Positions 49,268 through 61,552 of a stretch of 64,000 nt of DNA are shown here, piece after piece. The stretch's first letter is position 1. Each line of letters opens with the position of its first letter. Both the position numbers and the translations under genes were made by a program. The DNA lies in the NCBI GenBank assembly GCA_035084275.1, contig CM068769.1:1860001-1924000 (forward strand), read 5' to 3'. Below the pieces are notes generated by a model. That model had not been told where the DNA came from, did not search any database, and saw only the letters and a program-made list of their open reading frames with translations. The stretch is from Hydrolagus colliei (taxonomy: Eukaryota).

Positions 49268-49389
49268 TTTCAACAGGCGTTGAATCACAATGAAGCGGTT
49301 GTTCGAAATGCAGCGATAATCAGCTAGAAGTCAGTGCCTCGATTATAAACATTTGTTCATTCGAGGAGTCGATAATGAGCCATGCGTCA

Positions 49390-49680
49390 TTACCTTGTCT
49401 TTGTACATTGTTGCAGACATTTTACAACTCCTCCTATCACTTTCCATTGTGTTCCGAGTAACTCTGCCTCCCCTTGCCTCCTTACCCTGCAACCATTAAG
49501 GCACATCTCAAAGCCTTCCTCTTCGACATGATCATTGGTAACCAACGTGATACCCCAACACTCCTTCCTCACCAAAGTTGACCACCAGTTATTGCCCAAA
49601 TACCAGACTCTACAGCAACTTGGGACGATTTCCTGATGTGAAAGTCACGGGACAAATGTAGTATTGCGTTGTATTGTAAA
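49390..49680 (+). mobile_element. Degenerate L2-type 3' fragment
   Basis: aggcacatctcaaagccttcctcttcgac... and a gggacgatttcctgatgtgaaag tail. Confidence 0.55.
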
Positions 49681-51046
49681 TGTATTCATTTGAATCCACA
49701 AAAAAATCCTGTTGAAATGAAATGTCAGCTCAGGTCTAATTTTGATTTAGGACTTTTTGTTTTAACAAAAATGTTGTTTTTTTGCCTGTCTGTCACAAGA
49801 GTTTCTCAGAAAGAGAAATGTATCAATTGAACCGAACCTATTTCTCTATTTCAGCAGTTCTTCTGTTAAAGTGACATTAGATGTTTACCATCCACCTGAT
49901 GCACAGAAACCACCTCTGTTTGATGACTCGCCTTGGAATGTCCCCGTGACATGAAAGTATCTCTCTAAATGCAATGCTATTGTTGTTTGATGATGTCGTA
50001 CAAGACGAAACGCATATCCAAATAATTAGGCCCGTTATTGGCAATAATGTAGGTGGATTACATTAAATGCAGTGACTTCCAATTCATGAATCAGTGTTTG
50101 AACCCAATATCATCTGACGAACAGGCAAATGCACTGTAAATAGATCAAGACTGACAAACTCAATGAACGACACTCACCATAAAGTTTATTTAATCTTCAC
50201 TCTATGTACACAGATTAGAATTATTCTGACTACTTGTCAGATGTATTAGAGAAAGGATTCCTGAAACACTGAGTGAAAGAGACACTGCAGAAATATTTGC
50301 TTACAAAGACTAAATTTTCGATGAAAATCGTGACAATGGGAATAGATGCATTGGATTATTCGCCTTACCATGTCTTCTTGGGGACTCGAAGCGCTTCACT
50401 GATTATATTCTGGAGTGAGTTTCCCATCTATCTTGAAGGCGAAATCTGCAAGACAATTGCGCACACCAGTCTACCACAAACAGTATAATTGGATGAAAGT
50501 CCTCTTTGTTCTGCTTAATTATTATTTTTGAACAAACTGTTACCCCCTGTAAAGCGATTCAGCAATCCAATAAAAATAAATTCCCTATTTATTCCTGGGG
50601 TAACTAGGGGGTCATGGATTTAAAATTAGGGGTAAGCATTTTCGCACAGAAATAAGTGCACAATTCGTCACTCACACAGTACTAAATTTTGGAATATTTG
50701 ACCCCGTACCCCCCTACAAAAAAGCTGTAGATGCTCAGTCATATTCATATTAATATTCGAGACTGTAATTGATAGATTTTTTAATATATAAACGGATTAA
50801 GCGACATGCGGATAAGGCGGGAGCAGCTGGTGTAAGATATGAGGAACAGCTATAACCATTTGAATGGCGGAGCGGGCTAGAGATGCCGAGTGGACGTTTA
50901 CTGCTGCTTATTCTCATATTCTTGTAATTAAACATGTATGAATGCTGCTTATTTTTTGTTGAAGCAATGATGCCCCCACGCGGTTTAGCAGCGAATTAAC
51001 CAGTTGATGTTTTTGTACAGAGCACCCATAACACAGCAGCAGTGTG

Positions 51047-51350
51047 GGCGACATGGCACAGTAATACATAGCAATGTCCCTGATCAGGACTATGCCAATC
51101 CTCAATACGAAATCTTCACTCGATTTATTGGCAGTGGAGGAAAATCGAGCTGGGGAGTCAGGGTTCCTGTGAACGTTAGTCGCTGTCCCCAGAAATAGAT
51201 ACACAGGAGCATGGCTGGAAGCTTGTCTGCACCAGAAGAGAGCATACGCATCACTGATTTTCTTGAAGCTGCAGGACAATTTCACATCTTGTGCCTCTAG
51301 AATCGATATTTCAGTCATGGATTCTTTCCCCAATTCCTGCAGGCTGCTTC
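51047..51350 (-). CDS. TCR alpha/delta-type V exon V8 (open; leader not confidently found)
   Basis: Open exon DVKLSCSF...ALFWCRQ...RFSSTANK...DIAMYYCAMSP. 23-RSS: CACACTG 51040-51046, ACAAAAACA. Confidence 0.85.
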
Positions 51351-52019
51351 CTGTGATTGAAAACGACATTGTTATTGAGAAGCAAGTTTGTATTACTTAG
51401 GGAACCTGATGCTCGCTGGTTAGAACACTAGCCACATAAGAGAGTGGAGCCAGATTCGATTCCTCGGCAGTGCAATACCCCAGCTAAACTTCTTTACTCT
51501 ACATGCCTCTGTGATCCTACTAGTAACTAGAAATCAAGGTGTTAGAAAATTGATGCTCTGGAGATAATCATTCACAAATTTAAATCAATAAAAATAACAT
51601 GAATTTCGTTACTAAATCCGTCCAGGTTTTTGAGGCACTGGTGAGCGAATTTGGCTGTCACGTTGCACCCAGAGAATACATTGTCAATTCGCTTTACAGT
51701 ACACTGTGGAGCGCGTTGAGTCGCCTCAAATTTGTTATGAAGCACTTTATCAATCCAATTTATCATTAATTTGATTAGCTGTTTTGCTCTACAGCAGCCT
51801 TTAGCAGATATGGCGGGAAAATAGTAAAGCTATAAAAAGGTTACATACGAGGAAATGAGATGAGAGTTACTGAAAGCACAGCGCACTTCCCCCACAGGAG
51901 CATTTTAATCCTGTGTCTGACATTAACTCTCCAACATGTGGCTGTTTATATAGTGTATGTGGATGAAATGTAGAGACGCTCACTCACTGCCCCGCCCACA
52001 TGGAAACACGCCCACATTG

Positions 52020-52165
52020 ACAACGCTCCGCCCAAACAGAGCATCGTACACACAGAGCCGCGCCCACACAGAGCCGCGCCCACACAGAGCCGCACCCACA
52101 CATAGCGCCGCCCACATGTAGCCCCCCCCACACAGAGCCCCGCCCAAAAGGATGCCCGCCCACTC
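52020..52165. repeat. GC-rich 16-bp minisatellite (cacagagccgcgccca)
   Basis: Several tandem copies visible. Confidence 0.85.
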
Positions 52166-52729
52166 AGTCACTGCCACTCACAGACAAAGCTCTTCCCACA
52201 AAAGTGAGTTGGACACCGCCTCCACCCTCCTCCTCCTCCTCCTCCTCCTCCTCCTGGGTCATATTCTGCTTTGGTGTGAAGCGTCTTGTTCACCTACGAC
52301 TTACACAGGGACATACGTGATCACTCGATCAAGGATACCTGGATTAGAGCTATAATTGTAGTTTCTCAGGAATATAGAAGAGTTAAAGGTAATTTCACAC
52401 CCAACTTTCAAATTGTTATTTACCGATAAATGCGGAATCCAATTCCGCACATGGGCGTCCCACAAGTGTGTTGGATTGGAGAGCTACAACTTCTTCACAT
52501 GAATTCTTATCCCCAGGACAGCGATTCTGTCAATCGATCAAAAACCGAGCTACTCCATATTTCAACGTAAATAGATGTGTGTGGAGTAAGGAAGGCGGTT
52601 TGCTGAGTGTTTCACCATGCGCGATTCCAGCTCACTTTCTCTTGATTCCAAAGCAGGTACTCTAACCAATGAGCTGCAATAACCCCAGCATGTTATTGTA
52701 CAGGTCCTTCGTAAACACACATCACTGTG

Positions 52730-53165
52730 CTCTCCTCACAGAAGTAAGTGGCGGAGTCAGACACTCGCACGTCTCGGATCGATAACGTGCTATTTTTTCC
52801 AACAGTCAATGCATTTATTCTCTCCTTCGGCTTCATCTATCTTCATGCCAACACTATTAATTGGATGGAGCCGTTTCCATATTGTTTGTACCATTGAAAG
52901 TTTGGGCCGATCGTAGTGGTGCTACACTCCATAGATACATTTCCATTTTCTTTCTCTGTCATGGAGAGTGGTCTCTCTGTCGCTTCATTGTCAGCCTGGG
53001 GGAACATACATGGACATTCTAGCAAACAAACTTGGAAAAAAGCTATAACACAAATTTAGTTAATAGGAAAAAGAGAAAGTGTTTGTCCATACTGGGGCTT
53101 TACTTACAGCAGATCAGAACCATTAAAGTAAGAAAAATATGCATTGCGGTGTAAACTGGCTTCAT
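52730..53165 (-). pseudogene. TCR alpha-type V pseudogene V9 (V4/V7 family)
   Basis: Leader 53108-53165 (MKPVYTAMHIFLTLMVLIC) and V exon 52730-52995, which lacks about 8 nt at its start and carries TGA and TAG in the CDR2 region. 23-RSS CACAGTG/ACAATAACA. Confidence 0.88.
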
Positions 53166-56100
53166 TCTCAATCCTCGCTGAGTCAAGTCAAAATCTGTCA
53201 GAGACCTGCATCGGGAAATCATCCAAAGCCTGATAAACGTTTATGAATATTTGTCGAATGCTTTTAACTTTGCAGGTAATAACTATATGTTGAGTGAAGG
53301 CTTCTCTGATATTCCACTTCCTGTATGTTGGCTTGTGCTCCATTCATTCGTTAGTCGACTGTCATTAGGGTTCACACTCACAGCTGGAAAAACAGAGGCA
53401 TGTTTGTGGATGACGAAAACACACCTAGTGTTTTCCTGCTCGAAAGATGACACACTTAAGAGGCAAGCTTTCTAACCATTAAAGTAAAGGACATCTCCTT
53501 GTTTATTCCAAGCAAGCAGGGCGATAGACTGGATGTCATTAAATATCTGGATAAAGACAGTGGAGGAATCGTGAAGGTTCCAAGATTTGTGCTGATCTGC
53601 CCTACAAAAGTCCTGGCGATAAGCCAGGCTGGGCTGTTGTCATCAGCAGTGGGAATAACTGGGAAGAATTCTTACAATGTGTTACCAACCTACAGATAAA
53701 GTCTGCTCATACATGTTCTTCTCTGCTAAATGAGGACAAGGGATTTTACTCAGAACATAGTGAGAAATTACACAGTGCATCGCCGCCATCTGGGGTAGTA
53801 AGGTGATACTGCCGATTATTATCGTTAAGTTGAACACAAAAAGGAGGCCATTCGGCGCATTGATTGGGTGCCGGGTTTATGAAAAGAGCAACTCAATCCC
53901 ATTCTCCAGTTCTTTCCCCAAAACCGCGCAATCCCGTACTCCCCAAATCAATGTATACCGGATATATCTTGATCAGAAATCAGACTAGAGACTGTCGCAG
54001 ATGGTTCGGGAGTGTGTGGCGGGGTTTGAATGGAAGTTATGAATGATTCTGACAACGTGTTGCCTAGCTGTAGATCAGGTCTTGTCAAACTTTCTCTTCT
54101 CAGCTCAAGGAGACCAAGGAATTTCACTTGTGTGCAGTTACACAGCGCATCGCCACCATCTGTCGGTAGTAATGCAGGATTTTTGTTATCGTTAATTCAA
54201 CACAAACAAACTGCACAATAGCATCAGGGGAGATGTACTCGGCTTTAAGTCTCTCTAAAATTTGATAATATTAAACTGACCTGAGGCGCAAAGCAATAAT
54301 AATTATCATTGCATTTCATACAACTCTTTCCATGTTCTCCACATATCTTGTGGGAACCTCACATCATTTAAGGTAAAGTGTATTAGCCGTACGTTTGTGA
54401 TGGAATCTGTCAGAGAATTGAGCAAATCAGATTCCCACAAAAGTTGCTGGATGGAAGTGACCAATTCATCAATTTTGTTATGATGAATAAAAGTAATGTC
54501 CTGGGATTCAATTGCGACATGATTAATTATATAACCACGTGATAACTAATGAAGATGTATTGGAACTTTACAATAGAACACTGAGAAAAATTCAAAACTT
54601 GATCCTACGCAATCTGTGAGGAAGAAACCCATACAGTTTGCGTTTTTTTTTGGAAAAAATAATAAAATCTGAACTGAATAAACTTAGAGCTATAATACCG
54701 CATTCAGCCACTGGGCAGTTATTGTTTTGTGAACACAAGGAGTGAATACAGTGCAACACCGCCAAATGTTGGACATGTGGTTGTACTACAGACCTTCATG
54801 TCAATTCCCATCTGCCTGGACTTGGGAAACATTGTATTCCCTCTTCACCCCCCCCCCACCCCCCCCATTCTGTGCCTTATTTCTTTCAGTTATTGGGGGA
54901 GTCAGGAAACTGGCAATAAGGTGCACTGCGGAATTTTAACTAAATATTTTTATCCCTGCTGTCAGCACATATTTGTCATTCTTATCAACGGGTTCTGTGT
55001 TTAAATTGCTTCTGTGTATTTTGAATGATAGCAACGACAGCATATACTTAGATAGTACTGCTGAAACAGAGTAGTGTGTCAGAGCTGGACACAGTTGTGA
55101 AACCTGACGCAAGGTCAGAATGAATGGGGAGAGAATCGGAGGTACAACCACCCCTACAGACATCCGATCACCATCCTCACACAACTCAACCAGCTTCTCC
55201 CCATTCTCGCATTCTCGCAGGCCATCTCAATCTTTTATATTTACGCGAAGTGTATGTAACTACCAACTGTTTTACATTGTGCTCAACTGTGTCTCCTATT
55301 GGACCTCAAAATATTTAGAGAATCCAAACAAATCCCTGCTAATTTTGTGCAATCCACCTAATCATGGGATTTCCAATCTACTCGAATGGAGTGTGCTCTC
55401 CGTCTCAAAGGAAAACATGCATTCAAGTTAGCCATTTGCAAAGAGTATAAAGTTTCCTAACCGCACTCCACTGAAAACAATGCCTAACAAAACAACACTA
55501 CATTGTTCATGTTAATTCATGTCTGAGTGTTGGACACTGCTGTGTGCATTTGGCTGCCGCAGTTCATATACATTTTACTGTATATGCTGTGAGGAGCCAT
55601 GGGATGGCAAGACAGCATGAAAAGCTCCATATCAAATTGAAAGAATATTATTGTTATTATTATTGTAATGATGATTGTTAATCTCGTCCCCCTTTTTAGT
55701 GTGTTTCATGTCCCCGGCACTTACTACACCAGCATTGACAATTCTGTTATCAGCCTATTCTCTCCCAAATTCAGGAACTCCATCCTAGATTCACTTTGCA
55801 TTCCCACGTAGCATTCTGACTTTCAGGTCGTCCTCAAAAAGTTCCTCTTTGAATCATCATTATCAGTACCCCCACCTTCCCCTCCCCAACACACACACCT
55901 CCCCTCACTCCCCCCAGCACCACCACCAGCTCCGATACAAACCCCTCACTGTGCAGTCACTTGGGACGTGGTTTCAAAAGAAAAAAGTTACTGTATACAT
56001 TTGATTTTTTGTTGTTATCTCGTCTTGACACAGGCATTTACATGCGACTCTATAGAAAGCTGATGACAGACCAGCCCGGCTGGCTGATAGATAGGTCTGA

Positions 56101-56394
56101 ACTGCTGTTGACTGAACATGTTGGAATATGATATGAACTGTAAACTAAATCACTGCCAATTAAATGAAACAATTTTTTTGTAACAATAGTGATAGTTCTT
56201 GCATTGCTATTGCATCTTTGCAGACCTCAACGACGTTTCAAGGCGGTTCACAGAACCAAAATGAAAAGTGAATATACTGTAAATTGTGCAGTCAAAATTC
56301 GGCACGCCATTTCCGCAAAGCAGTGTCAATCGTGGATTGAAATGAACAATTGCAATATTGTTGTTGTTTTTCGACGAATTCTTCTTGCAATCTG

Positions 56395-56695
56395 GAGAAA
56401 CCAAGCTGGGGAGACCTGTGTTCCAATCCAGGCAGGTCAGGGCGAAACCTTGTGCAATTATCCTTACTCCACACGCCTAATAATAATCCGTCAAAAAACA
56501 AACACAATAATAAAATCGGTCATTTCAATCCACGACTGATTGTGGGACACTGCTGTGCGCAAATGGCTGCCGCGATTCGCCCACAAATAAACAGACAATT
56601 CACTTTACGATATATTCTGTGAAGCGCTTTGTGAAATTGATAAGGTGTGGAAAGCGCTATATCGAATGCAGGATTATTATTATTATTATATTATT
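56395..56695 (+). mobile_element. Near-complete tRNA-derived SINE with L2-like tail
   Basis: B-box-like head, core ctgtgcgcaaatggctgccgcg, ctgtgaagcgcttt...gcgctatat and (ATT)n tail. Many partial copies occur in the window. Confidence 0.7.
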
Positions 56696-57951
56696 AGGCG
56701 TGTGTGTGGAGTTAGGAAACTAGCACAAGGTTTCGTCCTGATCTGCCTGGATACGAACACAGGTCTCCTGCGTATGTGTGTGAGTGCTCTAATCATTGAG
56801 CGACATGAGCTACAGACTTTCAGAGTTAGAGCTCAGAGATAATCAAACTCACAGAGGCTTGTGGTACTGCATGAATGTAACTTTTATATAATCACGAGAA
56901 TGTGAAGATACGTAGCGTTGCTAATCTGTATCTGCTGCCCTTTCCTCCCTCTGGAGAATGTTCATCTTGACGCCAGTGAGTGAGCAATACACACTGCGGA
57001 ATTTTACTGATCTATTTGCTCAACTCTCTAACCTTTAGTATCGATTAATTTACCGCAATGCAGTACGCAGACCATGTCATCAAAATAACCCTTCCCTACT
57101 GGAACAACATCAGTACAAACAAGAGCAGTAGGGGACCACAGCTAGTTTTCAGAATCCCACCAACTCCAACTCCACATCACAGGTCATGTCTTACCACCAA
57201 CCAAAACATTTGCTTCTTTTCGTACATTGTTCATCTAAATCATCTCCTATTACATTCTTTATCCTCGCAAACAGGCTTGAAGAAGCAAGGGAATCTATAT
57301 ATATGTATATGTATGTATATATTTAAATCAAACTTTGGAACGTTACAGTCTTCAAATCAACCTCGATGCTAAACATGGGATCAAACTGTCGTGGGTTGTA
57401 ATGAACAATTTTATACTGTGGGTTTTTTGGGACAGATTATAATTAGCCTCGTGGAGTAAGGAAACTAACCCAAAGGTTTTCATCACAAAGGTTTACACAT
57501 TGCTCAGCGAGTTTGTTTTTGTAAGGTGATCTTTATTAATGTAAAATACATAGCAAAACATCATTGAAAATTCCATTAACAGATTTTAAATTGTTCATTT
57601 CAAAAAATAGTTACAAATATATTTTAGCAACGCTTACTGAAAGAACATCTACAATCCAGTAAACATTAATAAAGTGCTTTGAAACATTTTACTGAAGCGA
57701 ACGCTGCAAAGTAAAACGTGACAGTTATTACTGTACTTGAAATTTTCTGGTGCATGTAGCCGCACAGCCTTCAAGCGGTCAAATCCACATCACACGTCAC
57801 AGGAGACAGACAGAGAATTTGGAAGTGAGTGGATAAAAGCATGCGAGCAAAGGCAAAGGCGGGAAATTATATCAAGATTAAGATAAAGATGCCATGGAAT
57901 GACAAAGAGGATGAAATGGAGACCGGCTGGATTCTGATGTTTGAGAGGAGA

Positions 57952-59106
57952 TCAGTGGAGAGCTTGGCGCGATTCTTCAATAAGCCTTTCTTGACGCTTG
58001 TCTGGTTTCATTGGTCGGCATTCGATCACCAGCACCACAATAATAGCCAGCAACACTACGATAGCCGGGCTGATCCGGACACAGTTGATGATTTCCATCA
58101 TATTCCAGGAACCTGTGAGATAGATATGTTTAGTCAATTAATCATGATTACAATTGCCAGCTGGGTGTCCAACAAAATGGACATCAAACAACTTCAATTT
58201 GCATACCGCCCTCCTCGCAGGATGGCGCGTCTCAACCCATTACCGTATTTAAATATATTCAATGAAGTTTGATAGCGACACATCTGAATACTTCAATGTG
58301 CAGTGAAATGGATTTGAAGTTATTTAGAAGGGATAGCACGGAAACAACGACAACAACATTTTGTTGTCATCCCCTCTCCGCCCCCCCCCCCCCTCGCCGT
58401 CTCTCTCTCCCTTCCCCCCATCCGTCTCTCTCCCCCTCTCCCACCCAGCCATCTCTCTCCCCCACTCCCCTCCAGCCATCGCTCTCCCCCTCTCCCGCCC
58501 CCCAGCCGTCTCTCAACCCATCTCCACACCCCAGTCGTCTCTCACCCCCTCTACTCCACCCCCCAGCCGTCTCTCTTCCCCTCTCCTCCCCCCCAGCCGT
58601 CTCTCCCCCTCTCCTCCACCACCTCAGCCGTCTCACTCCCCCTCTGCTCCCCCCAGCCGTCTCTCTCCCCCTCCCCCCAGCAGTCTCTCTCCCCCTCATC
58701 CCCACCCTAGTCGTCTATCTCCCACCCCCACAAGCAGTCTCTCTCCCCCTCACCCCCGCCCCAACCACAGCCGTATCTCACCCCCCACCCCTTGAATACC
58801 TAAATATTGTATTCGAGGACTATGAATACAAAATGGCTCCTTTGCACCTCTGTCTGTGCATTGTGTACAGAAATGAGCATTCTGGGTCTTGGAGTTGATT
58901 GTGCTAGCATCCCGATTTTGTAACTCGATATACCGGGTTTCGATATATCGGTATTTTGTAAATGTCTATATCGGCATATCGATAGGAAAATCATATCGGT
59001 TTTTAACGTGATATACCGATATATTGCCGTTCCCTATGAACTATCTCAACACGGCCTCACCTGCCGTAAAGGTTCCCAGCACTAGACAGACAGCAAACAG
59101 CCTCAT
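57952..59106 (-). CDS. Putative two-exon type I membrane micro-protein: leader plus LRC-activating-type TM exon with Arg (68 aa)
   Basis: Exon 59061-59106 (MRLFAVCLVLGTFTA, G/GTGAGG donor) joins in frame to exon 57952-58112 (ctcacag acceptor; GSWNMMEIINCVRISPAIVVLLAIIVVLVIECRPMKPDKRQERLIEESRQALH*). Each exon is seen directly; the pairing is inferred. Confidence 0.5.
58265..59035 (-). mobile_element. hAT-like MITE copy (reverse orientation) with internal C/T-rich minisatellite
   Basis: 58800-58880 is the reverse complement of the 4235-4310 block, and CGATAT subterminal repeats lie at 58925-59025. Confidence 0.6.
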
Positions 59107-59960
59107 TCCTGCTCTTCAGCCTTCGCTGTTGTGTCTGTGACATCAGTTTGCTGGGAACCAACAGCAATATGCGTCACTAGCAGATCCCACAGTCCCACGT
59201 CACCTCATTGACATCTCAATTGCTTTTACATTGTGCATTACTCCATTATTGTCTTTGTTATTGTGGCGGGTGTGTGGTGGTGGTGGGCGGGTGGGATGTG
59301 GGGAGCAGGGAATCCTCCCACTCAGCTCCTGGCAACCTTACAAACAAAACTTCCAAATATACACTTAACAGTATATATTACGTGAAGCGCTTTTAGAAGT
59401 CGATAATCTGTGGGAAAAGCGCTATTTTACCTTTATAATCAAATTGAAGAATTATTCATCTTATTCTAATCCAATAAATAATGGTCATGAATATCGGATT
59501 AGTTTACGTATACACAAATCGATAGAGCGTTTTTAATTTCATTCCAAGTAAAATTTGTACTAATTCAAACACTTACTCCAACTTATAGCTCAATAAGTGA
59601 GGTTAACACTTTTATTTAGATTTCTAACAGTTGTAAAATTACATTTTTCATCCATTCGAAGATCATCATGTACCTCCAATGATTCGTGGATTACTCATTT
59701 CCTGAATGATCATTGTTATATTAATAATTGTTTACTTTGTTATAGTGTTTTAAAATAATTCCCGACATGAAGCCGTGTGACTTGCTGTGGCCATTGTTTT
59801 ATTGCATGTGGTTGCGAATTAATCATGTGATTCCTCTGAGACACACAGCAGCAAAGTCAAATAGGTGAACTGACAGGAATGACATCTATGCTGTGATTAA
59901 ACACATTAACTCCTCTTTGTAGGTTTATGTGCGGTGGTGTAGCCTGAAGTAAACACGGTG

Positions 59961-60409
59961 CGAGTGATCCAAGAATAGTTTGTGGCTGCATCAGATAGAG
60001 CCGCAGCCAGCACAGTTACAGTGGATGTCTTGCTGCTCGTGTCCAAACTAGTGGTGAAAAGACCTTCAGCAAATTCAGCTCTGAAAGTGTCCCCATCATG
60101 ATCGTGTCTCAGTGTGTACAGAGGAGGCTGCTCTGGATACTGACGGTACTAGTACATGTAAACAATGGTATAACGAGCAGAATAGGTCCATCTCAGTGTC
60201 ACAGTCTGGCCTTCAGTGACAGACACTTCCCTCTGTGATGGTACAACTTGATCTGCATTCGCTGTCGCTGTTGCCAGAGAGAACAGGTTATTCACTGTAA
60301 CGCACGCACCAGAGGTATATCTCCAAACAATTTTCAGAACGAAAGTAAATTACTTACATAAAAGGACCAATAACGTTAACATGTGCAAAGCAATATGTTT
60401 ACTCTCCAT
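59961..60409 (-). pseudogene. TCR alpha/delta-type V pseudogene V10
   Basis: Leader 60358-60409 (MESKHIALHMLTLLVLL) and V exon 59961-60267 with C23>W, W41>stop and C104>S. 23-RSS CACCGTG/ACATAAACC. Confidence 0.87.
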
Positions 60410-61021
60410 GTTTCCAAGCGAGCAAGTCATTCGATGGGAGCTTTTTGAGATGAGAGATTATGGCCTGAATTGTGACTCAAAGCAGAGTGAGGAGCAGTTC
60501 GGACCACAGCACTAATGTATGAGCCTCTATGTCAGATAAACACAGTTTCAACCCCCACCACCGGATTTGTGAAACCTAGCTAGTCAGATGTTGCTCCAAC
60601 GCCTTGTGATGCAGAAATAACAATGGAAATGTATGTTTGTTTTTCTGATGCAATACTGCCAGTTTACTGTTATATTTGAAATATAATTTTTCTACTCTCC
60701 GTCATCCTTCCCCGAACCATCCCCCGTGCTCTTGTCTCTATCCAACTGTACATCATCATGGGACGTCCTCTCCACGTGAAAGGTGCTGAGGAAATGTAAG
60801 CTTTAAGTGATTGATTTACAAAACTGTGAAGTCCTATAGATCAGTGGTAAAATAATCCTATCACAAGCGAGACCCAAAGTAGTGTAATTAAGTTGTTTGA
60901 TGAAAACATTGTGGTAATAATAAATATATTCGTTGTGTTTGATGAAGCGCTTTTCGCCTCTTGTCGACAGAACAAAAAGCGCTTCACACGATATACTGTT
61001 AAGTGAATTGACTGTATGCTT

Positions 61022-61176
61022 GTGAGCGAATCGCGGCAGCCAATTGCGCACAACAGCGTCCCCCACAAACAGTAGAGTATTAAAATTACGTATTTTAGTG
61101 AGCGAAACGCGGCAGCCAATTGCGCACAACAGCGTCCCCCACAAACAGTAGAGTATTAAAATTACGTATTTTAGTG
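61022..61176. repeat. 76-bp tandem duplication inside a SINE
   Basis: Two copies that differ at one base. Confidence 0.95.
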
Positions 61177-61520
61177 TTGTATTTTTTCTTGGAGAGATTA
61201 CTTTTACACGTGTTTAGTAAGGAAACTTGATCAACGTATCGCCCTGAGCTGCCTGGATTCGAACACAGGTCTAAAATTTGCAATGTAAATGTTCTAACCA
61301 CTGAGCTACATGAGCTAAGCAATGGTGTATGTGATTGAAAGTCAATAAAAAAACACCGTGTTACATAGAGATTGTATTTTGAACAACAAAAGCTTGTGAT
61401 AGTCATCTTACTGATAAAGCTTTGTACAAATCGGATGAAGCAGCAATAGTGTATGTGAGGGAAACAATGTCAACTGAATCAGGAAACAGCTGTGTTAGCT
61501 GCCTATGTCGTGTGTTTTGT

Positions 61521-61552
61521 CCGCCACCTGTTGTTGGTTTGCAGCTACAGCA
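61521..61552 (-). promoter_or_regulatory. Weaker CTCF-like site with upstream motif
   Basis: Minus strand TGCTGTAGC-9nt-ACAACAGGTGGCGG; homologous to 38855 and 46158. Confidence 0.45.

Noticed and set aside
61022-61176. 76-bp direct repeat as a CRISPR-like or functional array
   Set aside because: Two adjacent copies with no spacers, inside a SINE, in a vertebrate genome.
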